Source: Callorhinchus milii (Eukaryota). Taken from it: 64,000 bases of DNA. Shown here in pieces: positions 1 to 13,564 of this stretch. Numbering within the stretch: the first letter of the stretch is position 1; each line of letters begins with the position of its first letter. A model generated the notes under the pieces. That model saw nothing but the letters and a program-made list of their open reading frames with translations. It had not been told where the DNA came from and did no database searches. Both the position numbers and the translations under genes were made by a program. Location: contig NW_024704743.1 of assembly GCF_018977255.1 (NCBI RefSeq), forward strand, positions 15,626,001-15,690,000, read 5' to 3'.

Positions 1-903
1 AAATAGTTTTTCCTTGTTCACCCTATTGAATCCCCTCATAATTTTCAAAACTTCTATTAAGTCTCCTCTTATCTTTCTCCGCTACAAGGAGACTAATCCT
101 AGCTTCTCTATCCTCTCCACATAACTGAAGTCCCTCATTCCTGGTACCTTCCTGGTAAATCTCCAATGCCTTGACATCCTTCCTAAAGTGTGGTGCCCAG
201 AACTGAACACAGTACTCGAGCTGAGGCCTAAGCAGTGTTTTATAAAGGTTCATCATAACTTTCTGACTTTTGTATTCTATGCCCCTATCTATAAAGTCCA
301 GTATCCTGTATGCTTTTTTAACAGCTTTATCTACCTGTCCTGCCACCTTCAATGATTTACTTATATGAATACCCAGGTCTCTCTGTTCCTTCACCCCCTT
401 TAAGAGTCTACCATCAGCTTATATTGCCTCTCCTCATTCTTCCTCCCAAAATGCATTACTTCGCATTTCTCCACATTAAACATCATCTGCCACACGTCTG
501 CCCATTTTACCAGTCTGTCTATGTCCATTTGCAGTCTGCTACCATCCTCCTCACTGTTTATTACTTTTCCTAGCTTAGTATCATCTGCAAACTTGGAAAT
601 TGTACTCCTTATGCCCAAGTCCAGGTCATTCATATAGATCAAAAAGAGCAATGGTCCCAATACTGACCCTTGGGGGACACCACTGCACACTTCCTTCCAG
701 TCAGAAAAATAACTGTTCACCACCACTCTCTGCTTTCTATTTCCCAGTGAATTCTGTATCGATGCTGCCACTGTCCCTTTAATACCGTGGGCTTCTATTT
801 TGCTTACAAGTCTACTATGTGGCACTTTATCAAACGCCTTTTGAAAATCCATATAAACTATATCAACTGCACTACCTTCATTCACCCTGTCCATTAGTTC
901 ATC
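1..903 (-). mobile_element. CR1-type LINE reverse-transcriptase fragment (frameshifted, runs off window start)
   Basis: ORFs 400-939 and 23-394: [48 protein letters not shown]. Confidence 0.92.
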
Positions 904-1233
904 ATATGGCCGTGGGGTGATATTTGGCGGTTTGTCCATTAGTTTCTAAAATCACATTGATAAAATTGCAACACATTAGTGGAGCCCTGCCACTTGTGGT
1001 CTGGCAAGCTGCTCATCCAGGCATCCTCAATGGGGTGTTTGTGGGATTCTGTTACCTGCAATTGGTTGTTGCATTCACCCACAAAAACATAGTCACTATA
1101 CTTTACAGCAATTAACTGAAACAGTTTGACTTCATAGGTGTACACCATTCTTACATGTCCCAAGAGAGACTGAAAATAGAGCTGACCTAGCAGGTTTTTT
1201 GCCCAATATGGTGGTTGAGAAATAGTGCATGTC

Positions 1234-1555
1234 ATAATAATAATAATAATAATCCTTGCATTTGATATAGCGCTTTTCACGTCGGGAGGACGTCCCAAAG
1301 CGCTTCACAGAACACACTGTAAAGTGAATTGACTGTACATTTGTGGGCGAACGCAGCAGCCAATTGCGCACAGCAATGTCCCACAAACAGTCGTAGATTG
1401 AAAATGACCAATTTATTATTGTTTTTGGTTTTTGGAGGGATTATTATTAGGCGTGTGGAGTAAGGAAACTTGCCCAAGGTTTCGCCCTGCCTGGAATTGA
1501 ACTCAGGTCTCTCACTTGCAAAGCGAGTGTTCTAACCACTGAGCTACAGGACTCC
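1234..1555 (-). mobile_element. Young full-length tRNA-derived SINE with L2-type 3' tail
   Basis: Minus strand: A box TAGCTCAGTGG, B box GAGTTCAATTCC, L2-like stem-loop, (ATT)n tail. Nearly identical to 58615-58933. Confidence 0.9.
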
Positions 1556-2605
1556 ACAATTAGAAGGGGAAGGGGTTTAAAAGGCGTGGAGCGGGAGAAA
1601 TAATGAAAATTGGGCAGGAAGAACAGTGTGGGTAATTGTTCCTTAATCTCTTGTACTTCAACAGAGGCTGTAACATCAGATTGGCATCGCTGCTAAGTCA
1701 GAGTGAAAAGCTGTTGGTTGTCAGTGCGATTTACCCCCTCCCTTCTTTCCCTCATCCCCGCCCCCCACCATACATGTACATGCATACAAACACCCTTACA
1801 CATAGTTCCAATATCAATTGGACTGTTGGATGGGGTGATTTGATACCATTAGACCAGACTGAAGGACAAGTCAGACACTGGTTGCTTGTCAGTTCACTTG
1901 TGAGCCTCCAACAACCAGCACAGGAACTGCATTGAGGGACTCGGTGTAGGCTGTTGTTCTTATTTCAGAACTGGGCAGTGGTGTTTGGCTCTGTGAGGAT
2001 ATAAGCCAGAAGAGTTGGAACAGTTTATGTGCACCTTTCCCGGAAACGTTACAAGAAACCAAACACTCTAAATGCCCAATTCACACTTCGTGTTTTTAAC
2101 CATGATACTGAATTAAACCTTTTCTGTTCATTCAGTCTCTGGTTGCTGGCAGGCATATTGGTGCAGTGACCTTTTGTGCGTTTGATGTGTAAAAGTGTTT
2201 TTCAAAACTTTTGTGTTATTTGTTTGTTGTTCATCCATAAAGAATGACTAACTCCTCTCCCTGCCAAAGAACATGTCAATCAGTACTTCTTTATATTTTG
2301 GGTTATTTTTCTCCTCCCCATCCTCTCGCCAGTTCCCACCGGCAGCTTGCATGCCCATCCAGCACTGTGAAGTGCTTTCAGACGTCCTCCCGACGTGAAA
2401 GGTCAATATAAATGTATATTCAGGCAAGGCTCACCCAACTCAAGTTACAGTGAGTATTCCCAGCAATGCACTCAAAGCCATTAAACGTACTTTTCCCTGA
2501 AATCCTAAATTAAGTTTACAATGAGGATGCTGAGCCAGTGAGAAGTTACTGTCCAAACACTGGTTTCACCTCATTTTTCTGGAGTTGTGAAGGCCAGGAC
2601 AGAAC

Positions 2606-2855
2606 ACAATACAAATACAAAATTACATTTGTAAAGCGCCTTTCACGTCAGGAAGACGTCCCAAGGTGCTGCACAGTCAGGGATCTGGATTCGAGCAGGG
2701 TGGTGTTGGGATCAGGAAGGTAGGAGGGTGGCTGAAGACTTTGTTGAAGAGGAGGGTTTGAGACGTGCCTTGAAGGAGGTAAGGGAAGGGGTGAGATGAA
2801 GGGACTGTGGCATGGAGTTTCAAAGGATGGGGGGCAAATCAGGCACTTGGGCACC
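2606..2855 (-). mobile_element. L2 LINE 3' fragment
   Basis: Reverse complement matches the 3' ends of the L2 copies at 12120 and 61700 (gggacgtcttcctgacgtgaaaggcgct). Confidence 0.85.
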
Positions 2856-4188
2856 TTCTATGGTCCTCCAGTGGCCGCTACAGCAAACCACTGTTCCTTA
2901 CCGTGCAGTTGTCTGATGTCTGAAAGCTTACGTGTGTGTGAATCTGCTATGGGAATTTTTTTTGCCGGTGCAGGGGAATATCAACGAGGCTCAAATAAAC
3001 GTAGCGGAATGACTTGAGAATCATCCGAAAATCAGGCAGCTTTTGTTCCCGGCTTTTCTTTGCCATTCTAGGAAGTCGTTTGCCCCAACAGAGGTCACAC
3101 AAAATGAATCCTAATGGCGATTCATGGATATTGCAAGCTAATGCCCTGGACATCACTGTGTCACTTAAGATATTTAGACGGCTCTGTGTGCGTAGAATGT
3201 AGCTCCAAGCTCTGTCTGTGTCATTTCATACACCTCCTCCGTGTGGACACAATGTGATGTCCCAACCCAGAGTTGGATCTCAGTCAGGCCAGAGCTGGCA
3301 AACCTGCCTGTTTTACAATACCAGTTACTAATCTGTTGTATGAAAGTGGCATTGAATCCTGTAGAGTGATAAAAGATTTCATATTACTTTCCTGTGCAGG
3401 AAGGAATATTCTGGGAACTGTTTCTAAATGGGAGGATGGGGGATGAAAGTTTAAATTAGGCATCGTCTTAATGTAGGGGCAAATCTGCATAGTGATGTTA
3501 TGCAGATGAGTTATTTTATTCGTGTAAATAGAAGATTAAAAGACGAGTGCATTATGGGAAGGTCAACTCACCTCACCTTTATCCAGCTGATGAGAATCTG
3601 TTTAGTCAGTCATTTCTTTAATCTAAAATGGGCTGGATATAGCCTTTCCTTTTGTACAAAGCAATTAAATGATCCATTCTCCAATTGCTGTCAAACCACA
3701 GTCTGGATTAACTGAAGATTTGCGTTGCCCTATCTTTCATCTCAATATGACTGTATTCTTCTGTTGTAGTTTAAGAACAATGTCCAGATAACCACTGATG
3801 TCTTCATACTTGCTGCAGTTTTTACAATTGACTTCATACTTCTTTTTCAAGTGTACAGGAATAGGGATTTTTTTTCAGGTTCTCAAATCATTGTTTGTTA
3901 CACAATACTGACATTTTAAAATGTATAACCACTGAAAGGGTTATGTTTCATGCTATCAATATATTCCTGTATAAATTGAGTGTATTTTCAGTCACACCTT
4001 CATTTAAGTACTGAAGCTCATTAGGCGAATAATCTTGAATTGACGATCGGATGGCGGTGCCTCAGTGAGGATACTTTGATGTCATATAACATACAGCTGG
4101 GAGGGAATACTTTATATAAACAGCAGACCTTCAGGTCTTTTTTTAAAAAAATATTTTGCTTGAGTAATTTTCTCTCATCCTTTTCCTG

Positions 4189-4217
4189 CTCCTCCTCCTC
4201 CTCCTCCTCCTCCTCCT
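4189..4217. repeat. (TCC)n microsatellite
   Basis: About 9-10 consecutive TCC units. Confidence 0.9.
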
Positions 4218-6739
4218 TCATTCACAGTTGCTACACTTTACAAGTATATATTGTGAAGCCCTTTGAGTCATCCTCCTGATGTGAAATGCAATGAATTGAA
4301 GAAAAAGATTATATCAGTTAACTCAGTAAATTATGTGAATCAAATCCTCAACTAAGATCATTTAAAAAAAATCTACTGTAGATTTTTATAGTGTAAGCCA
4401 CTTGACAGTGATGCTTGACCACTCTGAATGTTAGTTTGGATCTAATTGCGATATTAGAATACTTATCTTAGCCTCTGTTTTATTAATAATAATCCTTGCA
4501 TTTGATATAGCGCCTTATCATGTTATTGAGACGTCTGAAAATACTTCACAGAATATTCTGGAAAGTGAAAAGTATTTTCTTAAAGGCTTGCTGAAATTTT
4601 GAAAATTAAACAAGGATTTTGTATTGTAGTTTTGTTATTCTTCTGTTCTACTAGAAACACAACTTAGAGAATACACCTCTTTGCTTTTTATTACTTAGCT
4701 TGGAGAATTATGACATGCAATATTTGACCCAAATACTGGTGTTTTTAAAAGCAGCAATCAGAAGTTGGACAAAGTTGCAACGTTCTGAACCAATGTCAAT
4801 ACCAGATGCTGTTTAAAAAGGCTCGTCATGGGTATTCACTGAGAAATCTGCTTTAAAATGTTGGAAACTAGATATTCTGTTCTAAAATGTAATCACAATC
4901 CTCCTGGATAAACTGATTTCATCCCATGCTAAATTGGAAATGTCTGCGCTTTCCAACTAATTCGTACAAAATAAAACACAGAACCTGTTTAATTGTGGTA
5001 AGAGGATTAATGGCAATAGTTTACCCCACTTGGAATGAACTGGGCACAATTCTGCCCAATCTTACACTGGATCCTGTCACTCATCCAAAGCTGTATTTGG
5101 GTTTGAATTAAATGCTCCCTGGTTGAACATTTTTCTGTGATTTCCGTGTTGTCGGTTGGTACTCTGTAGACGAAATGAAATAAGAGTTTAAATATATAAT
5201 TCTCGAGTAGCTGACTGAGCAAATCACATCTGCAAAATTACAACTGTCAGGGGAAGGGGCCTGTGGGGCAAGGACAGAGCTGTACTTTACAGACTATAAA
5301 TGTTGTGGGGGGAGGGGGTCAGCGATCCAAAATTAAGGCTCAAGGTTCATCCTTATGGAGTTTATTAAGCAAAATTTACATAGAACTAAATTTTGTGTGT
5401 TTTGTTTCGCTGCCCTCCCCACTCTCATGTCACGCTGAAATGGGAAACAAGAGGGCTTGTGCTCATGGAAGAGTGGGTGGGATTTCAAACGCGTCAGTTC
5501 CTCCCTTGCTCATTATCCTCTTCCTAATGAGAACACAGCAGGTTCGAGATAAAGAAAGAACTTAATGTGTAAAAATGCCCCATTGTTCCACACAGGTAAT
5601 TGCAGTCTATTGTCGTGACTGTGTATTTACGGGCAACCACACAGCAGTCATTTTGCTGAGAACCCACAAACAGCCATGACCAAATAGTCAAAAGGTTTGC
5701 TGACAAGCACACTGGTAGAAACTTCCGTCTCTTTTTGACAAGTTTTGGCTGGCTGGTTCTGGTCTGACCACCCCATGCCTTCAGTGCTGGTCTGCTGTAT
5801 GTTTATAAAAGGTGGGTTTAGTCCCTGAGGGGATTGAAATCCAGGCGGCACTCCAAATTGAGTTTAAATCCTTCAAGATTATGGAAGGCAATTGACATTG
5901 ACGTGTGCTCCCTGCAGCCATTCTGCCCCCCACACAAGCTGGTGAAATGAATGGAAAATTGGGGCCACTGTATTCAGACTCCTGTACAGCTGATTTCATG
6001 CACAAACCTTGCTGTATGGGGGTAGAGGGATTCCCATATGTTATATATATATTATATAAAACACATATGAATACAACTGGCCTTTATGGACAGATTCATA
6101 CTTGTGTAAAACACCAGAAGCTTAGCCCGTAAGTGACTTTTAAGCAGTAAAGGTGCCACAGTTAAGTTATTACCCTGATCATGTGGATTATTCTACTAAG
6201 TATACAAATAATTGTTATTGCCTCTGCCTCAGAGAACGATTTCTCAACATGAATTCCCCCTTGCCCACCCCTGTTCCCCCCCAGCCCCCACTCCCATCTT
6301 TGAGCCACTTCTGAGTTGTGACTGTGATTTCTGCAAACTGTACAACTTTTGAGTTTCTTAACTTTTTTATTTTCCATTCAGTCAGCTTTTGTTCTGAAGG
6401 TTTCCTTTTTCCTGGTGCAAGTGTGCACCACTGTCTCGCTGGTTGTGGTGAATTAATGATGTGAATGTCTAAGCAGCCGTCAGATTCATAAATCACTAGA
6501 AATGAGAGGGGCAATACATAGAAGCCTTTTCTTTTTGTTTAGCAATTTATCATTTTGCTTGCACATTAATAAACAGAACTCCCCTGAGGTAAGGCAGTGG
6601 AAGATAAATTCTTCTTGCTAATTTTCCTCAATTGTAGCCAGTAGATCACAGGTGGGACGTAAGAAGCTTATCAGAAAAATCATTTTATGAGTCTCCTTTC
6701 ACACATTAGTTGGGCATGATGAATAAATGGACAGTTTGA

Positions 6740-6994
<255 letters not shown>

Positions 6995-9747
6995 TAAGAG
7001 GCACTTCACTGCTCCCCTGTGTTAACGCTTTTAACCAGTGAGTCACTGTCCACTGTCACAAATGTGCTCCAGTACTTGTTCAATAATAGATCCATTCATC
7101 ACATTGCAGGGATTTTTTAATATCTACTTTCCAAAGGATGTATCTTTTTCCAAAGAGCCAGGAAGCATTAGTGGGTCTAAAATGTGGGACTTCTATGTCT
7201 CACAAATGGAAGTGTCATTCAGATCCACAGGAATTCCACTCTTGGGGAGCAGAGGTTACAGGTCGGGAAATTTCTAACATATCCTTAGAATTCTGTTAGA
7301 AATCCTATGTTTTAGACTAAAGTGACCTTTCACTTCATCTTTAAAAAAATCCATGTTAATTTGTGGAAGTTCCTGGAAGTATAGTTCACACGTACGTTTC
7401 GAGTGAAACAAAACTAAGAGAAAGGGTAGACGTCCACACTGAGCACTTGTATGTGCGTGTGTTTGTGCGTGCAGTAAGTTGTTAAAGGAGCCGCTGTCTT
7501 CATTATCCAGAGACTGTCTATTCTTATGAGGAAGGAGGTGAGACCGAAGAGCCATGCATCATAACCCCATGCATCGTGGGTTTACAAACAAAGCAAATGG
7601 GATCTGCCAGAGTGTTTAATATCAAGGTCTGGCTGCTCTGAAACTGTTGAAAAGTGAACGTTGTAACCAGTCTTGCTATTTCAGTCTGCAAGCTTTCGGG
7701 TGTTGTAATAATTCATCACTAGACACACTAAATTATCTCAGAGGACGGGCTGGTGCAGGCAAGGTTTTAAGCGCTCTGAGATCAGACCTGGAGAAAGGTG
7801 ACTTGCTAAAGATCCCCTTCGTGCCTTGGCCAATCAACTCACAAGTGAACAAAAGTGCCTGCAGCCTTACTCCAGACATCAATAGACAAGTGTTCACAGC
7901 AGTTCGTCTCATTCATCTCTCCCAGTTCTGAGAATTTACTGCATAAACATGTGGAGAATGTGTGTGTGCTTTTGGGGGTGGATTTGAAGCAGTGCTCTCT
8001 CGCCAGTACTGAGACCTGACTAACTAACCTGGTAGAAATGAGACAGTCCTGCGAAATTTCACAAGGGGTTTAATAAGTGGATTGCTATCACCTGCTACAA
8101 TTCGTGTTGTCATAATACTTTCTTACCTCCTTTATTCCACGGAGCATGAAAATGTAAATGGTCATGGTTTCGTGCCCCTGATATTTTACTGCTCTGTGTT
8201 CTCCTTGTGTACCATATATACCCTCAGCCAGTTGCTTTGCCGGCCTGTCTTGTGTTTGCTGCAGAGTGATGCAGACTTCTCTTTCTGAAGACCGAGTGAT
8301 TAAAGCTGTTGTTGGATGTAGCGTCTGTTGTGTCTGTGTCAGGCGCCACAGCACAAGCAGGAATAGCTTGAGTTTTCAGAATCCCAAAGGAGTATCGTGT
8401 ATTTGGGTTACAGTAGTAAAAAGCACGAATTGAATGCCAAAGCATTTTGAAGTTTCAGTGGAGGCCCTTTTCAATAGTATGCTGTTTGCCTTACTCTTTT
8501 TAAGCATTTTCTTTTAAGGAGGAATCGTCACTACATAATTGTTCAATTTACAGGTGTTTTGGAGCAAATCAGGCTGAGTTGACTGCAGCTAACGTGCCTC
8601 TGTAGCCTTGTTACAGCACAATTAAGATTGGTATTTATTTTGCTGCCTTTGATTTCTTAATTGACTACAGGGCACTTTCTCAACAAGGTGGTTATGTAAA
8701 TGAAGGCCAGTACCTGCAGCTTGCCTGCTGTTATCAAAGCTGGTTTAATGCAATTACACTATTTATTATTAAGCCAAACAATTCGTAGAGCCCTTTCCCT
8801 TTTCCCCTTCATAACTGTTCTTGGTCACCGCAAATGACTTAACTCTCAGCATTATTGCCCCCCAGAGTTTACAAGGTGACTGATCTCTCCGTACATCAGC
8901 GTTAAATAAATGCCGTGTGGTGGTGGAGGGAGGGAGGAAAGAGCTTAATAGAAATAAATAAGATGAAATAACCCAGCAAATCCAAGTTAGTGCATGGTGT
9001 TTTGAGTCTTGGCTAATAAAGATGTATAGACTGTTCTTTGGTTTTAACAAACTAGATTTTGCAGTTGTCCCTAGGAAGCAGTTTCAGTGGGCATGTAAGT
9101 CAGTGAAACAACCTCTGCTGTAACCGGATACATTAGTGCTTCATTTTTGTTTTCTGCTCCTATGTGTAAAATAAATAAATTTAACCCTTTTGATACTCAT
9201 CAATCTCAGTTGGGAGCGTGAAGAATGTGGCCTAGGTCTTTATTATTCCGTTAGATAATTGAAGAGGAGAGAGTTAAGTCACTTTGCCCTTTGATGAATG
9301 GGTAGTACATTGAAAAATAAATTGGACAAACTGCCAGGGAGCTCAGTGAACATGAAATTTACCATTAGAAGAGTGCTCAAGAACAAATTTTGAGCCTGAT
9401 ATGCATCTTCTGATTAATACCCTATCAATCATACGTAGTGTCTGCCATAGCTTTCGTGTGTTATAATAATTCATGACTACACACACACACAATCACAATG
9501 CAACACAGGGCTTTGTAGGAGCATAGTTTTCTACGTTCCATTGTGAGGTTTAGAATTTACCTGATTTACTGTCTCTCTTCCCCTCCTTTTCTCCTCCTCT
9601 CCCCATATGCCCATCTAGTAACTACTGTGGGTCACGGATTTCCTTTGTGGGTTTCTGACATGTGTGATCCCTTGGTGGATCTGGGCTGGAAGGAGACATT
9701 CATCTGTAGTGCAAGCTTGACAGATTTTCCTGAGGTTGGGATGGAAC

Positions 9748-9990
9748 CTGTTTACCTAGCAGTAAGTAGGAACCCGGTTATTCGTCGATTTTGGCAGATC
9801 ACTTTTTCGGGAGAAATAATTCCTCCAAAAACATTTTTTTTTAAAAGAAATCAGTGGGACACCACACCGCTGTGCGCAATTGGCTGCCGTGTTTTGCCCA
9901 CAAAAATAGTCAATTCACTTTACAGTATATTCTGTGAAGTGCTTTGATAAGGCGCTATATCAAATGCAAGGTTTATTATTATTATTATAA
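9748..9990 (+). mobile_element. 5'-truncated SINE retaining the central module
   Basis: ctgtttacctagcagtaagtaggaaccc... (also at 52740-52800, minus strand) followed by the common SINE tail ...gcgctatatcaaatgcaagg(att)n. Confidence 0.8.
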
Positions 9991-11528
9991 TAACCACTGC
10001 TTCATATAACATGCAGACTGCCGAATAGCAAGCACCACCTAGGCAATATTATTAGACCTCCCCTCCTCTCCAGATGGCATATAAGAAAATAAATCGGTCT
10101 TCACATTTTGAGCTCATACATTTAGTCTGTTCCACTATTGATTGTTTGTATCAAATTGGAGGAAGCTGCTTCCACACCTGAAAGCCACTAATGTCAAACA
10201 TTATGTGTCTGTTCAAGGACTGTTCACACAGCAAGTCTTGGATAATACTGATGCAACGTGAAAGGCGCTATACAAATATAATTTGCTGTTGTAACACATT
10301 TCTTTCCCTTTATGCAAAGGGCTGGGGAAAAAACAACAGTTGATATTTATGTAGCACCATTCAAGCAAGGTACTGTCCTAAAGCACTTTGCTTTTGAGGT
10401 GGATTACTTAGAAAGGTGGGAAGGAAAGGCTTCAGGAAGGTGTTCCCTGTATAAAGGAATGTACAGTTTGTGGTATGGAGGGAATGAGTGAGAGAGTGGA
10501 CTAGAGGAAATTGCAGAGATGGAATAGGGCAAGAGCATAAATGTTGTTTTGTGTGAGGTAGGATGTGCTGATTTGATCAGTGCACACTAAACTGACATCA
10601 GAAGGTTTCCCACTCAAATGGACTGATCTAATTTTATTTCTTTATCCAGAAGGTAATTAATGACTGGAACAGATTACCATGAAGGCTAGATTGGTTAAGG
10701 CCAGGACACTGGACTCGTTAAAATAAAGGGGGAGAGAAAGAGAGTAGCCAGTCTGTTTGCAGATCCCCGTGGAGGCCTCTCTTGAACTTGTTGCTAGGAG
10801 GTGCATGAATGGATCAGGCTGACTTGAAGTTCGGGGAAGCACCACTTATCTGTGCCTCCTGCAAACTCTTAGGAAGTATGGAGTAGAAACTCTTACCTCG
10901 CCACACATGATGCAGTGCATAAGTGTATTGCACTACTGAGCACAACCCAGTTTTAACAAGGAATTGCACATAATTCATTTTACATTGGGAGGATCATTTT
11001 GTTACAACAGTGGGATTGTAGTCCTGATTACTGAGCTAATACTTCACTTTTTTTTGCTATATTTAAGAATGCTCGTCACTCAATTCCTTGATTTCCAAGT
11101 TTTCGTTCAGTTATATTGATTGTTTTTTAACTCCCTCTTTCAAATCCCTTCTGGTTATTATGTGTCTGGACAGTAATACTGACAAAAGTAATCCTTCAGT
11201 ACAGGAGCACTGTGACAGTCGTGGCTTTGAGGAAATTAATGTGCTGGTCTCTCCCGGGATTCAGACTAATATTTAATTGAGTGACACATTGTGTTCAATG
11301 TGAGAAAATATCACCAGTCTTCTCATGACACTTTGGGCAGAAATTAAATGTTATTTGAAAAGCTTGATAAGAATATAAATAGAAGTAGTTAATAGGATAT
11401 CACAGAGGTTTAGTGTTGCAGTAACAAGTTTCCATATTTACTCAGTGAGTGTACTCAACTGTATACACACCAAAGACAGCAGAAGCAATAAATGTCTTAC
11501 ACCCTTTCAGTTTCATGAGGTGTTAGAT

Positions 11529-11690
11529 GTCAGCCTGCCTCAGTTAGTTTCACCTCTTGCCTCTCGCTCAGAAAGTTGTGGGTTCAAGTACCTAATTGGG
11601 ACTTGGGATCATAGTCCTGGTTGATACTCCAGTACAGGGGTATTGTTAGAGGTGCCATCCTTTGGATGAGACTTTGAACCAATTTCCAGT
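11529..11690 (+). mobile_element. Deu-core SINE, 5' fragment
   Basis: tRNA-like head plus tgttagaggtgccatcctttggatgagac, similar to the other Deu-core copies in the window. Confidence 0.7.
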
Positions 11691-12119
11691 GGCTACAAAT
11701 ACAGCCACACTTGACAGCAGTTACCTGAAGAAACACTTTTAAATGTTTCCATATTCTAGGTGCGTCAGATGTAACAATTATTATTATTACTACTGTCTGG
11801 GACCATTATGAAGTTCTATTTATAACCCTAGACATAGGAAGTTAATGGTGAAATACATATAATTGAAAATAAATGCTTTCAGCTGCTCTGATTTGTTCCA
11901 CTATAAGCAATGCAGCAGCCTTGCAATGCTCAATGAGGTGGTTTGTTGCTGTCATAAGGAAGACCAAGAGGAAAATCACATGTTTGAGTAGTTTGAGAGA
12001 CTGGGGATTGGTGAGATGGTATTGAGGCTTCCAAAAGCTCAGAGTGGATCTGTGACCACAGGAAAGGCTTGCCAGTAACATCCTATGTCTAGGAAGGATT
12101 ATATGTATAACTTCATATT

Positions 12120-13564
12120 CCTTGAACGAGTTGTCGCCTCCCAGCTGCGCTCTTTCCTCTCCACCCATTCATTATCCGAACCCCTTCAGTCGGGTTTCCG
12201 TGCTGCCCATAGCACAGAAACTGCCCTGGTCAAGGTCACCAATGACATCCTGACCATCTGCGACCAGGGCTCCCTCTGCCTCCTCGTCCTCCTCGACCTA
12301 TCGGCAGCATTCGATACGGTTGACCACGCTATCCTCCTCCACCGCTTGTCCTCCCACCTCAACCTTCAAGGCCCTGTCCTTGAGTGGTTTAGGTCGTACC
12401 TCTCCCACCGTCTTCAATTTGTTTCCACGAACGGATTTTCCTCTGGCCCCCGCACTGTCTCGTGCGGTGTCCCTCAAGGCTCTGTCCTCGGTCCCCTCCT
12501 CTTCACCCTCTATATGCTCCCCCTCGGTGACATCATCCACAGACATGGGGTTAACTTCCACATGTATGCGGATGACACCCAACTCTACCTTTCCTCCTCT
12601 ACCCTCAACTCCACGATCACCGATGTCCTGACAGCTGCCTGTCCGACATCGAGTCCTGGACAAGAGACAACTTTCTTCAGCTCAAAGTGCGCAAAACTGA
12701 GGCCCTCCTGATTGGCTCACGTCAGCGCCTCCGCACCTCAGGCGCTGACAGCATCAGCATCCAAGGCTGCACTCTCCACCTCTCAAAGTCAGTCAGGAAC
12801 CTCAGTGTTCTGTTCGACCCTGAGCTGTCCTTTCTCCCTCATATCTGCACCACAACTGGCACCGCCTTCCATCACCTCTGGAATATCACCAGACTACGGC
12901 ACTCCCTCACCCCTCACGCTGCTGAAACTCTGGTCCACGCCTTTATCACCTCAAGGCTGGACTATGGGAACTCTCTCCTCGCCGGCCTTCCCGGCACCTC
13001 CCTCCACAAGCTGCAGGTCATTCAGAACTCTGCAGCTCGTGTACTGTCCCGCACCAGGCTTCGGACCACATCACTCCCACCCTCGCTCGCCTCCACTGGC
13101 TCCCCATCCCCCAGAGGATCGAATTCAAGATCCTCATCCTCACCTACAAGGCCATTCACGGCTTTGCTCCCTCCTACCTCTCCGACCTACTATCCCCCTA
13201 CCTACCTGCCCGTACCCTCCATTCCTCTGGCTCCAGTCTGCTCCACATTCCCCGCCCCAACCGCCCTTCCATCGGTGGCCGGGCCTTCAGCCTCTCAGCT
13301 TCTCAGCCCCCAGGCTCTGGAACTCTATCCCCCAGTGCCTTCGCCGCTTCCTCCCTTTCCTCCTTCAAGGCCGGTCTCAAGACCTTTCTCTTTGATCGTG
13401 CCTTCAGCTCCCCTCTCGACTCTCTACCCCCTCCTCGCTCCCTCCCTTCCCTCCCTTCACCCTGACCATTTCTCCCCTGCTCGGGTCCTGACCCAACTGT
13501 ACAGCGCCTTGGGACGTCCTCCCGACGTGAAAGGCGCTCTATAAATGGAATCTTGATGTTGTTG
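12120..13564 (+). mobile_element. 5'-truncated L2 LINE (RT domain to 3' tail) with 8-bp target-site duplication
   Basis: [60 protein letters not shown] across frameshifted ORFs. (TTG)n tail; TTCATATT at 12112-12119 and 13565-13572. Confidence 0.95.

Noticed and set aside
5766..5774. GLI autoregulatory site GACCACCCC
   Set aside because: Single imperfect match to GACCACCCA; a few such matches are expected by chance in 64 kb, and no cluster was seen.
12085..13544. Reverse transcriptase as a functional gene or retron-like system
   Set aside because: 5'-truncated, frameshifted L2 copy with TSD and no endonuclease domain; overlapping ORFs in other frames are by-products.
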